NCBI GenBank assembly: GCA_964188305.1 | Contig: OZ076888.1 | Reading direction: 5' to 3' (one strand) | Length of the DNA stretch: 64,000 nt | Source: Podarcis bocagei | Lineage: Eukaryota | Shown: piece by piece, positions 1 through 11,215 of the stretch | Position numbering within the stretch: position 1 is the stretch's first letter | Layout: each line of letters begins with the position of its first letter | Made by a program: the position numbers and the translations under genes | The notes under the pieces: generated by a model | What the model saw: the letters and a program-made list of their open reading frames with translations, nothing else | The model's database searches: none | Told to the model about the DNA's origin: nothing

Positions 1-263
1 AATTGACATACACAGCTACATTAGAGAAGAGATCTGCCATTTCTGGTGACTGAGCAGTGGTGAGGCATTTGTAGATCTGGCCTCTGAGAAACTTGTATTC
101 TAGGTCTACACTTCTGTTGGCTCTCAATGGGCAGAACCACAGGTGCCCGCTTCTCAGGATGATTGAGGGAGCCCAACACATCCTGATTTTGCATGTGTGA
201 TGTCACATGGAACAGGGGGCGGAGCTGAATGCCCTCTGAACATTGAGGGAGCCCAGCCCCCTC

Positions 264-286
264 TAGTAGTAGTAGTAGTAGTAGTA
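264..286. repeat. (TAG)n microsatellite
   Basis: Direct read of tandem TAG units. Confidence 0.9.
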
Positions 287-2653
287 ATAATAGTATTTTA
301 GTCTAGCTTTCTCTTTGTCCAATTAGCTAGATCTGCTTTTCTGCTTACCATGACTTCATTCACTGCCTAAAACCACTAAATGAATGGAAGCAGACTGGTT
401 CCTCACAAAACAAATGGGGAGAGGCACATTTTGCCTCATATCTCACATTCTGGGGTAGGGTGTCCTCCCTCTCTCCACCTCACCCCTTGGACACTCATGA
501 GCTGCACTTAAATGTATGCAACACAAGAGAAGAGGTAGTAATAGAAATATAAATTTTAAAAACAATAACTTTGCAGTTTGCTTTCATGGAGGATGTTGAA
601 CTAAGAATAACTGACTAAAAAGCAAATATTTTACTAGATTGTAGATCCTATAACATGAAGATTGCAGCAAAAAAAACCAAAAACACACACACAAGTCCTT
701 TGCTTCATTATTTGAGTTTTTAAAGGCCATTAGCAATTAATGTCATTTTATTTTAGTGCAGGCAGTGAAGAGAGGATAGGTTGCTAGATGTTAAATAGGT
801 TTACTACATTTTCCATAAAGTTTCTGAAATATTGAAGGTTGAGCCCAAAGTGTCTGAGCAGGACTGCAGCTCCTTGATTCTGCAGAGTATCCTTTTTTGA
901 AATTAATCTTCTGAGTCAGGACGTGCAGCTATAGGTTTTATACATGGCTATAAATTTTAGGAAATTAACTTCTCCATAAGAACATGTTCAGGGAAGGCTC
1001 CAGTCTAGGGACCCTTATATTTTTAAGCTCATCATCATTTAATTAAATGTAACTCAAGTTTATTCCTACAATATATCTTTATATTTGGTCTCTAGTAGAG
1101 GAAAAGGTGAATTTGTTAAAACAAAATAAATGAAACTGGGTGGGGAGGCTGTCTTTTAAATATAAGATTATATGCTGAGTTTAAAGGAAGGCAAATGTGT
1201 AGTATCATGCAGCATTCTCGTGGCAACTGGTGGATAATTCCTACAATAGATGTGGCTTTTAGTAGTCTCTGCTGCAACAATGTAACTCAAAGCGAGGTCC
1301 AAATTGTCATGAAGCTATTTTCTTCAACAGAATGTTCATTTCTGGCAGCCTGGGGTATGTTCTGCAAATATTACAGAACTGTAACATCACATTAGCATGG
1401 GTGATGTGAAAAACCAGCTGCCTAGGAGTACTTGGAAACTGCTCTATTTAGAACTAGGCCAGGAAATCAGATAATTCACTACTTTTTGGATCATATAGAA
1501 ACTTAGTTGTCTTCCCAGCCAGAATTTTCTGTGAAGTGTTTAAAGACGAGTCTTGAAGCAGAATGTCAAGACTGCACACACGATGTATGCGAACAGGAAC
1601 AGGGAATCTTGAAGGATCATATCTGGGCTCTGTTTGGATACCTATAGCACTCTTTCAATATTTGCTGCTACCTGCCTACTTATCTAGCTAGTTACAACTG
1701 CCACTGGGATCCTGTGAATTTCCAGGTCCACTTACAGGTATTTTCTCTTCTGATCCTATATATTCAAATCCAATCCACCCTCGCTGAACAGAACTGGATT
1801 TTTAAAATCACCTTATGGGGTTTGACAATAAATTATTTAAGGCCATTTGATCTCTCATGCTTCACCAAGCTATGGAGCTGTAACTAATGATTAACTGGAT
1901 GAGATAATGTCAAAACCATCATATATTCGCTAACTTTCTGCTAGCATTGGAATTTCGCCAGCATTATTCACAAATACAGATGTTACTACTGGTGCCTTAG
2001 CGAGCAGTGAAGCAGCACTGAAAAAGCAGGGGTTCATTTACTATATTTTATTGAACATGCCATCTGTGCTTGCATGGGTTACAGGTGATATCCAGGTAAG
2101 TCTTAGTAGGTTGGAGTGAGGAATCTGATCATAGTAGCTGATCAAATGCGTATCTTCCCTACCCCTTGCCATCTACCTGTCAATCACAATTGTTGGAGAA
2201 TGTATGGGAAGAGATTCTTACTCTATTGTAGCAGAGTTAGCACAATGGCTGAGTTTTCCAAGCTCCTTTTAAAGCCTGGTTATGTTTTACATCTGCCCTC
2301 ATCCACCTTTAAACAAATGTTCTCCATTAAAATACTTAGGCTAGAATAAATTGCAAACATGTAGAGGAGGAGATGGGAAGATGCTTACTGAGCTGTCTGT
2401 CAGGTAACTTGAACCATTACAGACTCCCTGCCTCCTTTCTCCTGGCTATAGCCAGGGGGAATCCCACCAGTGGCAATTTCACCCACTGGCGCATTTGGTG
2501 AGTGGAAGAAGGAGCTCCATACCTGTAGAGTGATGCTCGTGGGAGACAAACAGTAGCCAGAAGCACTGGGGAGAGACACCTCCCCTCAATCTACCTTCCC
2601 CCCATATACACATAAGCAAAGGGTGTTTGGATTGCTCTACCAGTAACCAGTAA

Positions 2654-3121
2654 GCCAACAAAGGTCCGTATAGTTAAAGCTATGGTTTTCCCAGTAGTGA
2701 TGTATGGAAGTGAGAGCTGGACCATAAAGAAGGCTGATCACTGAAGAATTGATGCTTTTGAATTATGGTGCTGGAGGAGACTCTTGAGAGTCCCATGGAC
2801 TGCAAGAAGATCAAACACATCCATTCTTAAGGAAATCAGCCCTGAGTGCTCACTGGAAGGACAGATCGTGAAGCTGAGGCTCCAATACTTTGGCCACCTC
2901 ATGAGAAGAGAAGACTCCCTGGAAAAGACCCTGATGTTGGGAAAGATGGAGGGCACAAGGAGAAGGGGACGACAGAGGACGAGATGGTTGGACAGTGTTC
3001 TCCAAGCTACAAACATGAGTTTGACCAAACTGTGGGAGGCAGTGGAAGACAGGAGTGCCTGGCGTGCTCTGGTCCATGGGGTCACGAAGAGTCAGACACG
3101 ACTAAATGACTAAACAACAAC
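2654..3121 (+). mobile_element. RTE-BovB LINE, 5'-truncated 3' fragment
   Basis: Translates as RTE C-terminus (LRVPWTARRSN...LQYFGHLMRR..SLEKTLMLGK.EG.RRRGRQRTRWLD...W). (CAA)n tail. TSD ACCAGTAA at 2646-2653 and 3122-3129. Confidence 0.95.
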
Positions 3122-3701
3122 ACCAGTAACTTTAGGTACTTATTAATAATTGTTTTAGTGTTGTTATATATTGGTACTATTACTATAATTTTTTCATATG
3201 CTCTAACCAGAGATAGTCCCCATTTGCAGGTATCTGTCCTCATATGTTTTTTGAAAGAGATGTTGAGTGTTTGTGTGTCTCTCTGTGTGTGATATTCTTA
3301 CACACATCCAAAATGACACAAGTGTGATTCCTATGAGATTTCCCATCTAAGGCAATGACCCAACTCAGATCTACTGAGATAAGGTAATGGTCTTCTGTGC
3401 CTTCAAACCAGGAGTAGAACAGGAGTAAGCAGACTTTGGCTTGTGGAGTCCACTTTGTTTTAAATAAGGTCTACCAGCCAGAGCCAGGTGCAAATTAGTG
3501 GCTCAGGTGGGCAGACATAAGGTAAGAATTAGGAACTGCCATGGCACTAATGCTCAGAACCAGAACCAAGCTTACAAGTTCTTTCATGCAAGCCATTCTC
3601 TATTTTCATCTGCAAAATGTTAGGGGATACATCATTATTAACAGCAATCCTTCGTGCACAGATTCTTCATACGTGGCAAGGTATGGATTTGGTACTTAGA
3701 T

Positions 3702-4620
3702 CAGTGTTTCCCAACCTTTTTTGGGCAAAGGCACACTTGTTTGATGAAAAAAATCTCGCGGCACACCACCATTACAGCCCCGTGACGTCAGCGCGCAGCG
3801 TCACGCCGGGAGGGACGCACGAAAGTGAAAGTTTTCAATTTTTTCCCTCCCCCTTGCCGGGGAACCTCCAAGCTTTGGGGGTGGGGGGGGAGGAGGCAGC
3901 AAAGCGAGGGACTGAGGGACCCTAACCCTAACCCTAACCCTCACCGATCACCCGGGAAAGCATGCAAACGAGGAGCCCCCGTGTCCTGCTCCCGGCAGCG
4001 GACGGCACAAAGCGAGGAGGCCTGGACAAGGCAGCACGCTCCCCGCTCTCGCTGCATCGGGGCTTTTCTCCTCCAGGCCGCTTTCGAAGTCCCCTTCTCC
4101 GCTCCCAAGAGCCGGAGCCGCTGCTTCCAGGCCCTGTCCGAGCCCCGACTTGTGGCCTCACTTCGAGGAGCGCCTGTTGCTGGGGACGGGGCTGCATCCC
4201 CCTCAGCCGCCGCCTCGCTTCCTTCCAGGAGACCCGACGGCTCCCCCTCTCCCGCTCGCCCTCCTGCGCCCGCAGCAGACCGAGACCTCCCCGCCCCCGC
4301 CCGGCTCGGCCCTACCTGGGCGCCTCCAAGCCCAGCCGGCTCTGCGTCGCGCTCCACGCCGGGCAGTTGCAGCGGGGGCGCGCGGCGGCCCGGCTGAGCG
4401 CGCCCCGGAGCCGTCGCGCCGTCGCTCGCGAGTCCCTCTGAGAGCCCTCGGGACTGACTCCGGAGTCGCGAGGCGGCGCGTCGCCCAGGGAAGGGGCGGC
4501 TTCCCACAAGTCCTCCGGGAAGCAAACGCCCTTGCCCGCCTCCAGGCAACATCTCGCGGCACACCAGGCAACATCTCACGGCACACTAGTGTGCCGCGGA
4601 ACACCGGTTGGGAAACACTG
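3702..4620. mobile_element. Non-autonomous hAT (Charlie-like) DNA transposon with GC/CpG-rich internal cargo
   Basis: Perfect 15-bp TIRs CAGTGTTTCCCAACC (3702-3716) / GGTTGGGAAACACTG (4606-4620). Perfect 8-bp TSD ACTTAGAT (3694-3701, 4621-4628). Subterminal (C)GGCACAC repeats at both ends. No transposase ORF. Confidence 0.93.
3920..3941 (-). repeat. Short interstitial telomeric repeat AGGG(TTAGGG)3
   Basis: Plus strand reads (CCCTAA)3CCCT. Confidence 0.9.
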
Positions 4621-6439
4621 ACTTAGATGCATCTTGCCAAATATAAAGAAATAAAATAAAGTGAGAATCAGCCACGTCTGCAGGTTCACAACCACTGAAT
4701 ACCGGAATCTTGCAGATGTTCATGACTCTTCATTCCCTTTTCAATCTTTCATCTATTAGGCTGCAAATTTATATATGTATTGTGATGTGTTTCTAAGCTG
4801 AAGGCTTTTTATGACTATGCAACATTCTGCTGTAGTGCTTGTCAACTATTTTTCTCTTCTTTTGGTGTAGCTGTATTTGAAAGCCTTAATAGGAACGGTG
4901 CTATTAACATTAACACTCATAACGGAGCTACCATTTGATGCTGGAAACACTCTTATAATCCCATTACATACCATAATGCAGCCATTTAGATAGTCATTAT
5001 TGGAAAAAACCTACTACAGCAAGTTTTCAGAGAACATTTTATTGGTATATTATCAAAGCTATACCAAAAATACAATTGTAAATGTATTTATTTATTGGTG
5101 TTCTTAACCTACTCTGTCCCCACAAGTCCACAGTTGGTAATAATATTTAAATCTCAAGTGTTAAGAGTCCTTGAACTATATAAAATACAATTATGGGACA
5201 TGATACAGCAGAATGAAAGTATTTTAAAGGCTCCCGGAATAGCTTTGATGGAGCAAATGACTCCCATAAGCCAGTCATTTTGAACCTGAAGTTTAATCGG
5301 GGGGGGGGGGTCAAGGTAGACTAGAAATCAGATTAAAAATCAACAGGGGCAGAGGCTGGAGGATGGAAAAGTAGGTCACTTAGGTTTCTATGGAATGGAT
5401 CGGTCTGTAAATCCACATGCAGATAACACACACATAAGCTCCTACTCATCAGGCATTTAAGTCAATGCAAGGATTAACCCCACTATCTCACTCATCAGAT
5501 GACATCATGAGTGATGGCAGCTGGTGAGCAGGGATGCATGGTTTCAAGCAAAATACCTCTCAGGCCAACTTAGATCACCTGATGCGCCAAGACTTGGTCA
5601 TGGGTTTGAGGCTCCTCTCCTCTGCTCTACTGTATAGTGCTGGACAGGCCTTCACTATCTTATCTAACAGTCTCTGAAATGGGAGCACATGGGGAGTCAA
5701 GGATCTTCAGTTTAGAAAGGGGTGTGTGTCACAGGCTTCAGCGGCTGAGTATTCAATATTTTTGTCCACTCACTCTTCAGAGAACTGTTCTGAAAATATG
5801 TGATTTGGAATGATTAGTAGTAGTAGTACTATTATTATTACTACAGCAGCCACTGTTAACTAATCGGTCACAGGGGATATGGGGTGGGGTGGGGTGGAGT
5901 TTTTTGTATTTTCATGTTCACGTCACTTCTTCAAGTGGTGAGAAGTTCAAGGGCTGCAGTGCTTATCCAGTTTTGTTTCTTTCTGAAAGAGGTCACTGTA
6001 AACTCATTGACATTTTGTAATATGCAGGTATAGCTTAAGCGTGCCAAAAGACAGCCAAAGTCCACTGGTCCCACATCAGACCACCAGGGTGACATCCAGT
6101 ACCAAACCATAGCTTAGTGCAAACGCTTGAGTGGTTGGGTCCTGGAGAGAGATCACATCTGCTTTGCTCCTCCTCCAGACCTGCTGCTGCTGTGCTGCTG
6201 TGAGCAACACCATGGTTTGACTTGGCATGCCAACCAAATTGAAGCTTCTGGTTTATATCACTCCAGCTGTATCACATGAGCTGTAACTCAGGTTTGTTCT
6301 TGGTTCACAGATTATGGTTTATCTGGAATAGACAAACCTTGAGCCCGGATTCAGACAACATGCTAAACCAAACCTTGGCTTAGCTCACAGTAGCCTAGAA
6401 GCAAATGAACTGGAGGAGGAGGAAGGTGGTCACCATCTT

Positions 6440-6607
6440 ATTGTCTTGATCTATCGGCTATTTTTAAAATGAGGCTGCATTTAAAATTGCATTTTAACCT
6501 GTATTTTAAATTGGTTTTCCCCCTCCCCCCGTTATGTTTTTACTGTGATTTTATTGGTGTTTGCTGCCCTGAGCCCGGCTCTGGCCGGGGAGGGCAGGGT
6601 ATAAATA

Positions 6608-6664
<57 letters not shown>
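6440..6664 (+). mobile_element. L2-type LINE 3' UTR remnant with (ATT)n tail
   Basis: GCTGCCCTGAGCCCGG...GGGAGGGCAGGGTATAAATAA matches the reverse complement of the 3' end of the L2 at 60519-62052. (ATT)n at about 6608-6664. Confidence 0.75.
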
Positions 6665-6689
6665 CTCCTCTCTAGGAACCTGCATGATT

Positions 6690-7740
6690 TTGCTTAGAAT
6701 TCTATGCAAACTGAGTCTCTGTTTTTCTCAGCCCCATCCAAAGTTCATTGTTCTTTTGATACCTCGAAATCTGAATGAGGTGGAAATCTGGAGGCAGAAG
6801 ACAGCCGTCACGGCTAAGTTGCCATCTGGCATCTTCATTCACCATAGAAGCAATCCCTGTGCCTGATAAGTGAATGTGGGTGTTGGTGTGTAGGTTTTTC
6901 CCCTCAGCAAAGTCCCCTCTTAGCTCCAGAGTCAGATCTCTTTCTGGGTTTTTTTGTGGGGGGTGGACACTCTTGCAAGCTTTATTAATGGAACGAACAA
7001 TCCCAAGTTCTCCCGTCATTCCATTAATATGGATGCAGATAACAAGCGGTTCCTCTGCCACTCCACTATCATTTAGTAATAAATTAATACAACATTAGCC
7101 TAAGCCATCTGAGATCTCCCTAATGGACCCAAAGAAAAGAAGCAATTATAATAACTCCCAGGACTTTGACAAATAAAAAGAAAGGAAAATAAGCTGGAAA
7201 TAGTTGAGAAATCGGCAGCCTGGCAGACACGGCACAGGCTTGCCCTTGGTTTATCAGCTGCTTCCATCCCCTGAGGGGAGACAGGAGGGCCACGAAGCCT
7301 GAGGCAGCCGCAGGGCCCTCTTTGCGTGCTTGTAGCAGCGCCCTAAGGCTGCCTACAGTTGAGCAAATCATCGGTTTTTATCGTGTTCCAAATAAGCCAT
7401 CTGCTAATAAAACATTGTGTGTTGCTGTTCAGCGCAAACAACAACTGTTACGTCTAGTTAATATTATTTTTCCAGGAGCCAATTCTTTTTTCGGTTCCCG
7501 ATTAAGAAGCCAAATATTAACTCTAGCCCTTTGTGGCTCTTTTGCGGAGTTACGTTTGCAAGCAGCGATGAAATAGCTGTGAGGCAGGTGGCACACAAGC
7601 CTTTTCAACAGTGTTTGCTGTTCAGTCCCTTCAGTGCGCTGAATAAGTTTCCGAAGCAAATGTCTTCTGATTTTCCGTGATAAGGCAATATACACAACAA
7701 TCACATGCTGTTTTGCTGAAGAAATGGCTTCATAGCTTAA
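6690..7740. promoter_or_regulatory. Candidate conserved non-coding element / enhancer block
   Basis: TE-free. About 14 CpGs retained in 7321-7680 against a CpG-depleted background. Many TAAT/ATTA homeodomain-type cores. Conservation not verified. Confidence 0.4.
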
Positions 7741-8485
7741 ACTTTCCCTGAAATGGGATGCTTTAAATCAAGGGTAGGGAACCTTTTTCCAGCCCACTGT
7801 TTCCTTCTGGGCAATTTTCCAGGGGACACATGCCAGGGGTGGGAGGAGCCAGAGGCAAAAGTGGGCGGAGCTGTGGGTGTAAGTTTTATCTTTCTACACA
7901 CACCAATCTATCCTGCATTGAGCCATTCCTTTCCCCAGAACTGAGATTCGCTACTCCCTATTCAAAGCACCCAGCAACCTTGGGCAGCATGTCCTGGCAG
8001 GAGCTGGCACATGCCTTCCTTCGCCCTTCTGTGCACACATTTTGCTGCTAATAACATGGCAGCATTTGCCATTTTAAATGTCCCACCATGCCTTGGGCAC
8101 TATGGAATGGTAAAAACAGTGGACAGCTGGCCAGATCTAGCCACTGCTGACAGGTAAACCAGTGACTGCCAGGGTGGTGGGGCACTGCTCCTGCTTTTAA
8201 CGTTGTTAGAAACGCATGGGACACAGTTCAACTTCCCATTGGCAGTGTGTGGGGTAGGGTGGAGCCACAGGGGCACCCTCCCAGCAATCCACTGCTGCTC
8301 ACTTGGATGCAGCTGGGGTGGGGCAGGACAGCAGTGAAGTCAGGGGGTGCTTCTCCCCTGACCACACAGCCGTGGCCTAGCCATTGTCCCGCTCCTCCGC
8401 AATCCTGTCTAGGTAAGTAGCAGTGATGCCGACACTGGTGTCAAAAGGCTGGATTTGCTGCTCTGCCCCATCATACACATCAGTA

Positions 8486-9064
8486 CAGTGGTACCTTGGG
8501 TTAAGAACTTCATTCATTCTGGAGGTCCGTTCTTAACCTGAAACTGTTCTTAACCTGAGGTACCACTTTAGCTAATGGGGCCTCCTGCTGCCGCTGCGTG
8601 ATTTCTGTTCTCATCCTGAAGCAAAGTTCTTAACCCGAGGTACTATTTCTGGGTTAGTAGAGTCTGTAACCTGAAGCGTTTGTAACCTGAGATACAGTCG
8701 TGCCCCGCAAGACGAATGCCTCGCAAGACGGAAAACCCGCTAGACGAAAGGGTTTTCCATTTTTGAGCTGCTTCGCAAGACGATTTCCCCTATGGGCTTG
8801 CTTTGCAAGACGAAAACGTCTTGCGAGTGTTCCGATTTTTTCCCACTCCCCCCCTTTTTCTAAGCCGCTAAGCCGCTAATAGCCTTTTAGCCGCTAATCC
8901 GCTAAGCCTTTAATAGCCGCTAAGCCTTTAATAGCCGCTAAACCGCTAATAGCGCTAATCCGCTGAGCCGCTAATAGGGTTGCTTCGCAAGACGAAAAAA
9001 CCGCTAGACGAAGAGACTCGCGGAACAGATTAATTTCGTCTTGCGAGGCACCACTGTACCACTG
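8486..9064 (-). mobile_element. Tigger/pogo-like MITE (about 220 bp family), interrupted by a nested MITE
   Basis: Left TIR CAGTGGTACCTTGGGTTA. Right TIR split as AACCTGAGATA|insert|TACCACTG. TA flanks at 8484-8485 and 9065-9066. Confidence 0.9.
8695..9056. mobile_element. Second Tigger/pogo-like MITE nested in the TIR of the first
   Basis: TIRs CAGTCGTGCCCCGCAAGACGAA / TTCGTCTTGCGAGGCACCACTG (2 mismatches). TA TSD at 8693-8694 and 9057-9058. Repeated GCAAGACG motifs. Confidence 0.9.
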
Positions 9065-9070
9065 TACTGC

Positions 9071-9213
9071 TACTGGGTAGCTCAGTTGGTTAGAGTGCGG
9101 TGCTGATAAAGCCAAGGTTTCAGATTTGATCCCCAAATGGGACAGCTGCCTATTCCTGCATTGCAGGGGGTTAGACAAGATGATCCTCAGGGTCGCTTCC
9201 AACTCTATGATTC
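9071..9213 (+). mobile_element. tRNA-Ile-headed SINE with CR1-type tail (lacertid-type)
   Basis: Head GGTAGCTCAGTTGGTTAGAG..GGTGCTGATAA..CCAAGG...TTGATCCCC resembles tRNA-Ile with A and B boxes. Tail GATGATCCTCAGGGTC.CTTCCAACTCTATGATTC resembles a CR1 3' end. Confidence 0.8.
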
Positions 9214-9507
9214 CCCCAACCTCACAAAAACAAAGTGCAGAATGGCTGCTATAGAGCTCTGGTATCATCTCCCCTCTCCCAGGCACAACTCCCCTCTGTT
9301 AGTTTACCTACTTTTCCTCACAGAGCTGCAGCACCCCAAACAAACTTCAATGCTCAGGATTATTTACGGAAAATGTGCTTTAAGTGTATGGGGGGGGGTG
9401 ACCTGAAACCATGTGGATCAGACTCCCAGGCAGTCTGCTATCCAGGCACTGATCAGGGTAAGGCTTCCCTAGGCTTAACATCATAGCAGCAGCAACTCCC
9501 CTTAGGC

Positions 9508-9643
9508 CAGTGATGGCCAAACGTGGCCCTACAGCTGTTTTGGGACTATAATTCCCATCATCCCTAGCTAACAGGACCAGTGGTCAGGGATGATAGGAAT
9601 TGTAGTCCCCAAAGAGCTGGAGGGCCAAGTTTGGCCATTACTG
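9508..9643. mobile_element. Palindromic hAT MITE (136 bp)
   Basis: TIRs CAGTGATGGCCAAAC / GTTTGGCCATTACTG. Perfect TSD CCTTAGGC (9500-9507, 9644-9651). Internal 24-bp inverted repeat. Confidence 0.92.
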
Positions 9644-9849
9644 CCTTAGGCCATTCTTCGGAAATCTGAACCTTCAACCCACTTTGGACTATCAAATGTA
9701 GCATAGCAGGTATGGGTTTGCACAATATGACTTGCCTTGAAAGTGGTACAATAAACTAGCTATTCAAAGTCACCACCCACCCTTAAAAAACAGCCACCAT
9801 GAGTTAATCCACCACACTGCTTCTTTGCTGCAGGATGTCTCTGCTAAAG

Positions 9850-9962
9850 CAATCTTTGCGAACCTGATGCCTTCCAGATGTTTTGGACTGTAATTCCTAT
9901 CAACTCCAGCCAGCATCTTTTGTAGTTCAAAACATCTGGAGGGCACGAGGTTGGCAAAGTCT
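9850..9962. mobile_element. Degenerate palindromic hAT MITE related to 9508-9643
   Basis: Inverted arms CCAGATGTTTTGGACTGTAA / TTGTAGTTCAAAACATCTGG. Confidence 0.6.
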
Positions 9963-10011
9963 CCAGTGAGGCTTCTTTTGCTCAGATGCCTGCTGAATTT
10001 GTTCAGCATTA

Positions 10012-10246
10012 CAGTGGTACCTCGGGTTACATATGCTTCAGGTTACATATGCTTCAGGTTATAGACTCTGCTAACCCAGAAATAGTACCTCGGGTTAAGA
10101 ACTCTGCTTCAGGATGAGAACAGAAATCGTGCTCCGGCGGTGCGGCAGCAGCAGCATTAACTAAAGTGGTGCTTCAGGTTAAGAACAGTTTCAGATTAAG
10201 AATGGACCTCCGGAACAAATTAAGTACTTAACCCGAGGTACCACTG
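10012..10246 (+). mobile_element. Tigger/pogo-like MITE
   Basis: TIRs CAGTGGTACCTCGGGTTA / TAACCCGAGGTACCACTG. TA TSD. Confidence 0.93.
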
Positions 10247-10854
10247 TATTAGGAATCTCACTGTGGATTATTTGTACTATTCCTTAACCTTTAACATGTT
10301 TTATAGACAGATGTGCTTATGAATCTTATGTATTTTTTCCTGGGGGGGAAATGACCTGGGCACAGTCATTCATTCCCTGTAACCCGAAGGGCCCTAGGCT
10401 TGTAGAGGCTGTGCTGAGGCATGAGTTCCTAATACAGCTTCATCTAGAAAGCCATAGCAGTCCATAGCTTTACTGTAACAAATTTGCTGATATTAAGTGG
10501 ATTTGAACACACAGCGGGTGTCATAAACTTCTCCAATTGGGTTATACTGAACTCATCACTTTAATCCAACCGCTCCTATTACCCTTCACAGTAAACACAA
10601 TCAAGATTTGAATCTAAACCTCTCATTCTCCCATCTCTGCATGCTATAAATGTTTCTGAACCGACAGGCGCTCACATGATTGGATGTCATGTGCTGTAAT
10701 GTTACCGCAGTAAACAGCACCATCTAGGGATGCACATTTGGATGATTTGTGCTTGAAGAATATTTGACATGTGGAATTAGCTGTACATACAGAGCAAGGT
10801 AGGTGTGTGTCGTTACTAGAGCTATGTGTGTTTTGAGTGATCCCAGAACTGAAG

Positions 10855-11090
10855 TATTTGTTTATTAAATCACATTTAAATACCTGCTTTTCCCCATGGA
10901 AACTCTTAAGGCAGCACACATGGTTCCCACCTCCTATTTTATCTTCACAACATCCCCGGGGGGAGGTTAGACAGAGAGGGAGGGAGGGAGGCTGGGCCCA
11001 AATACCCCAGCGAGCTTTATAATGGAGTTGGAATTTGAACTTGGGTCTGCCTAGTCATGCTCCAGCACTTGACAACTGCATCACACTGGA
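10855..11090 (-). mobile_element. Old MIR/CORE-type SINE
   Basis: Degenerate similarity, as reverse complement, to the SINE at 21671-21918 (TTTATCTTCACAAC.., GGAATTTGAACTTGGGTCT B-box region). Confidence 0.55.
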
Positions 11091-11215
11091 TCTCACTGTA
11101 TTCCTTAACATGTTCACAACAAATGTGTTGCCTGCTACAGTGCATGAAAGTCAAGATTGCCACCACTGGGTGCCCCTAGCATGAAACCCAGTTAAGCATA
11201 AGGTCTATATCTCAG

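Noticed and set aside
3920-3941. Chromosome end or fusion site
   Set aside because: Only about 3.7 units, inside a transposon, with no head-to-head array.
3825-4626. Several 130-212 aa ORFs on both strands of the GC-rich block as a host gene
   Set aside because: Overlapping Arg/Pro/Gly/Ala-rich ORFs are expected in stop-poor GC-rich DNA. No recognisable domain, and all lie within a TIR/TSD-bounded element.
9071-9140. Functional tRNA-Ile gene
   Set aside because: T-arm and acceptor stem are degenerate and it continues into a CR1-like SINE tail.
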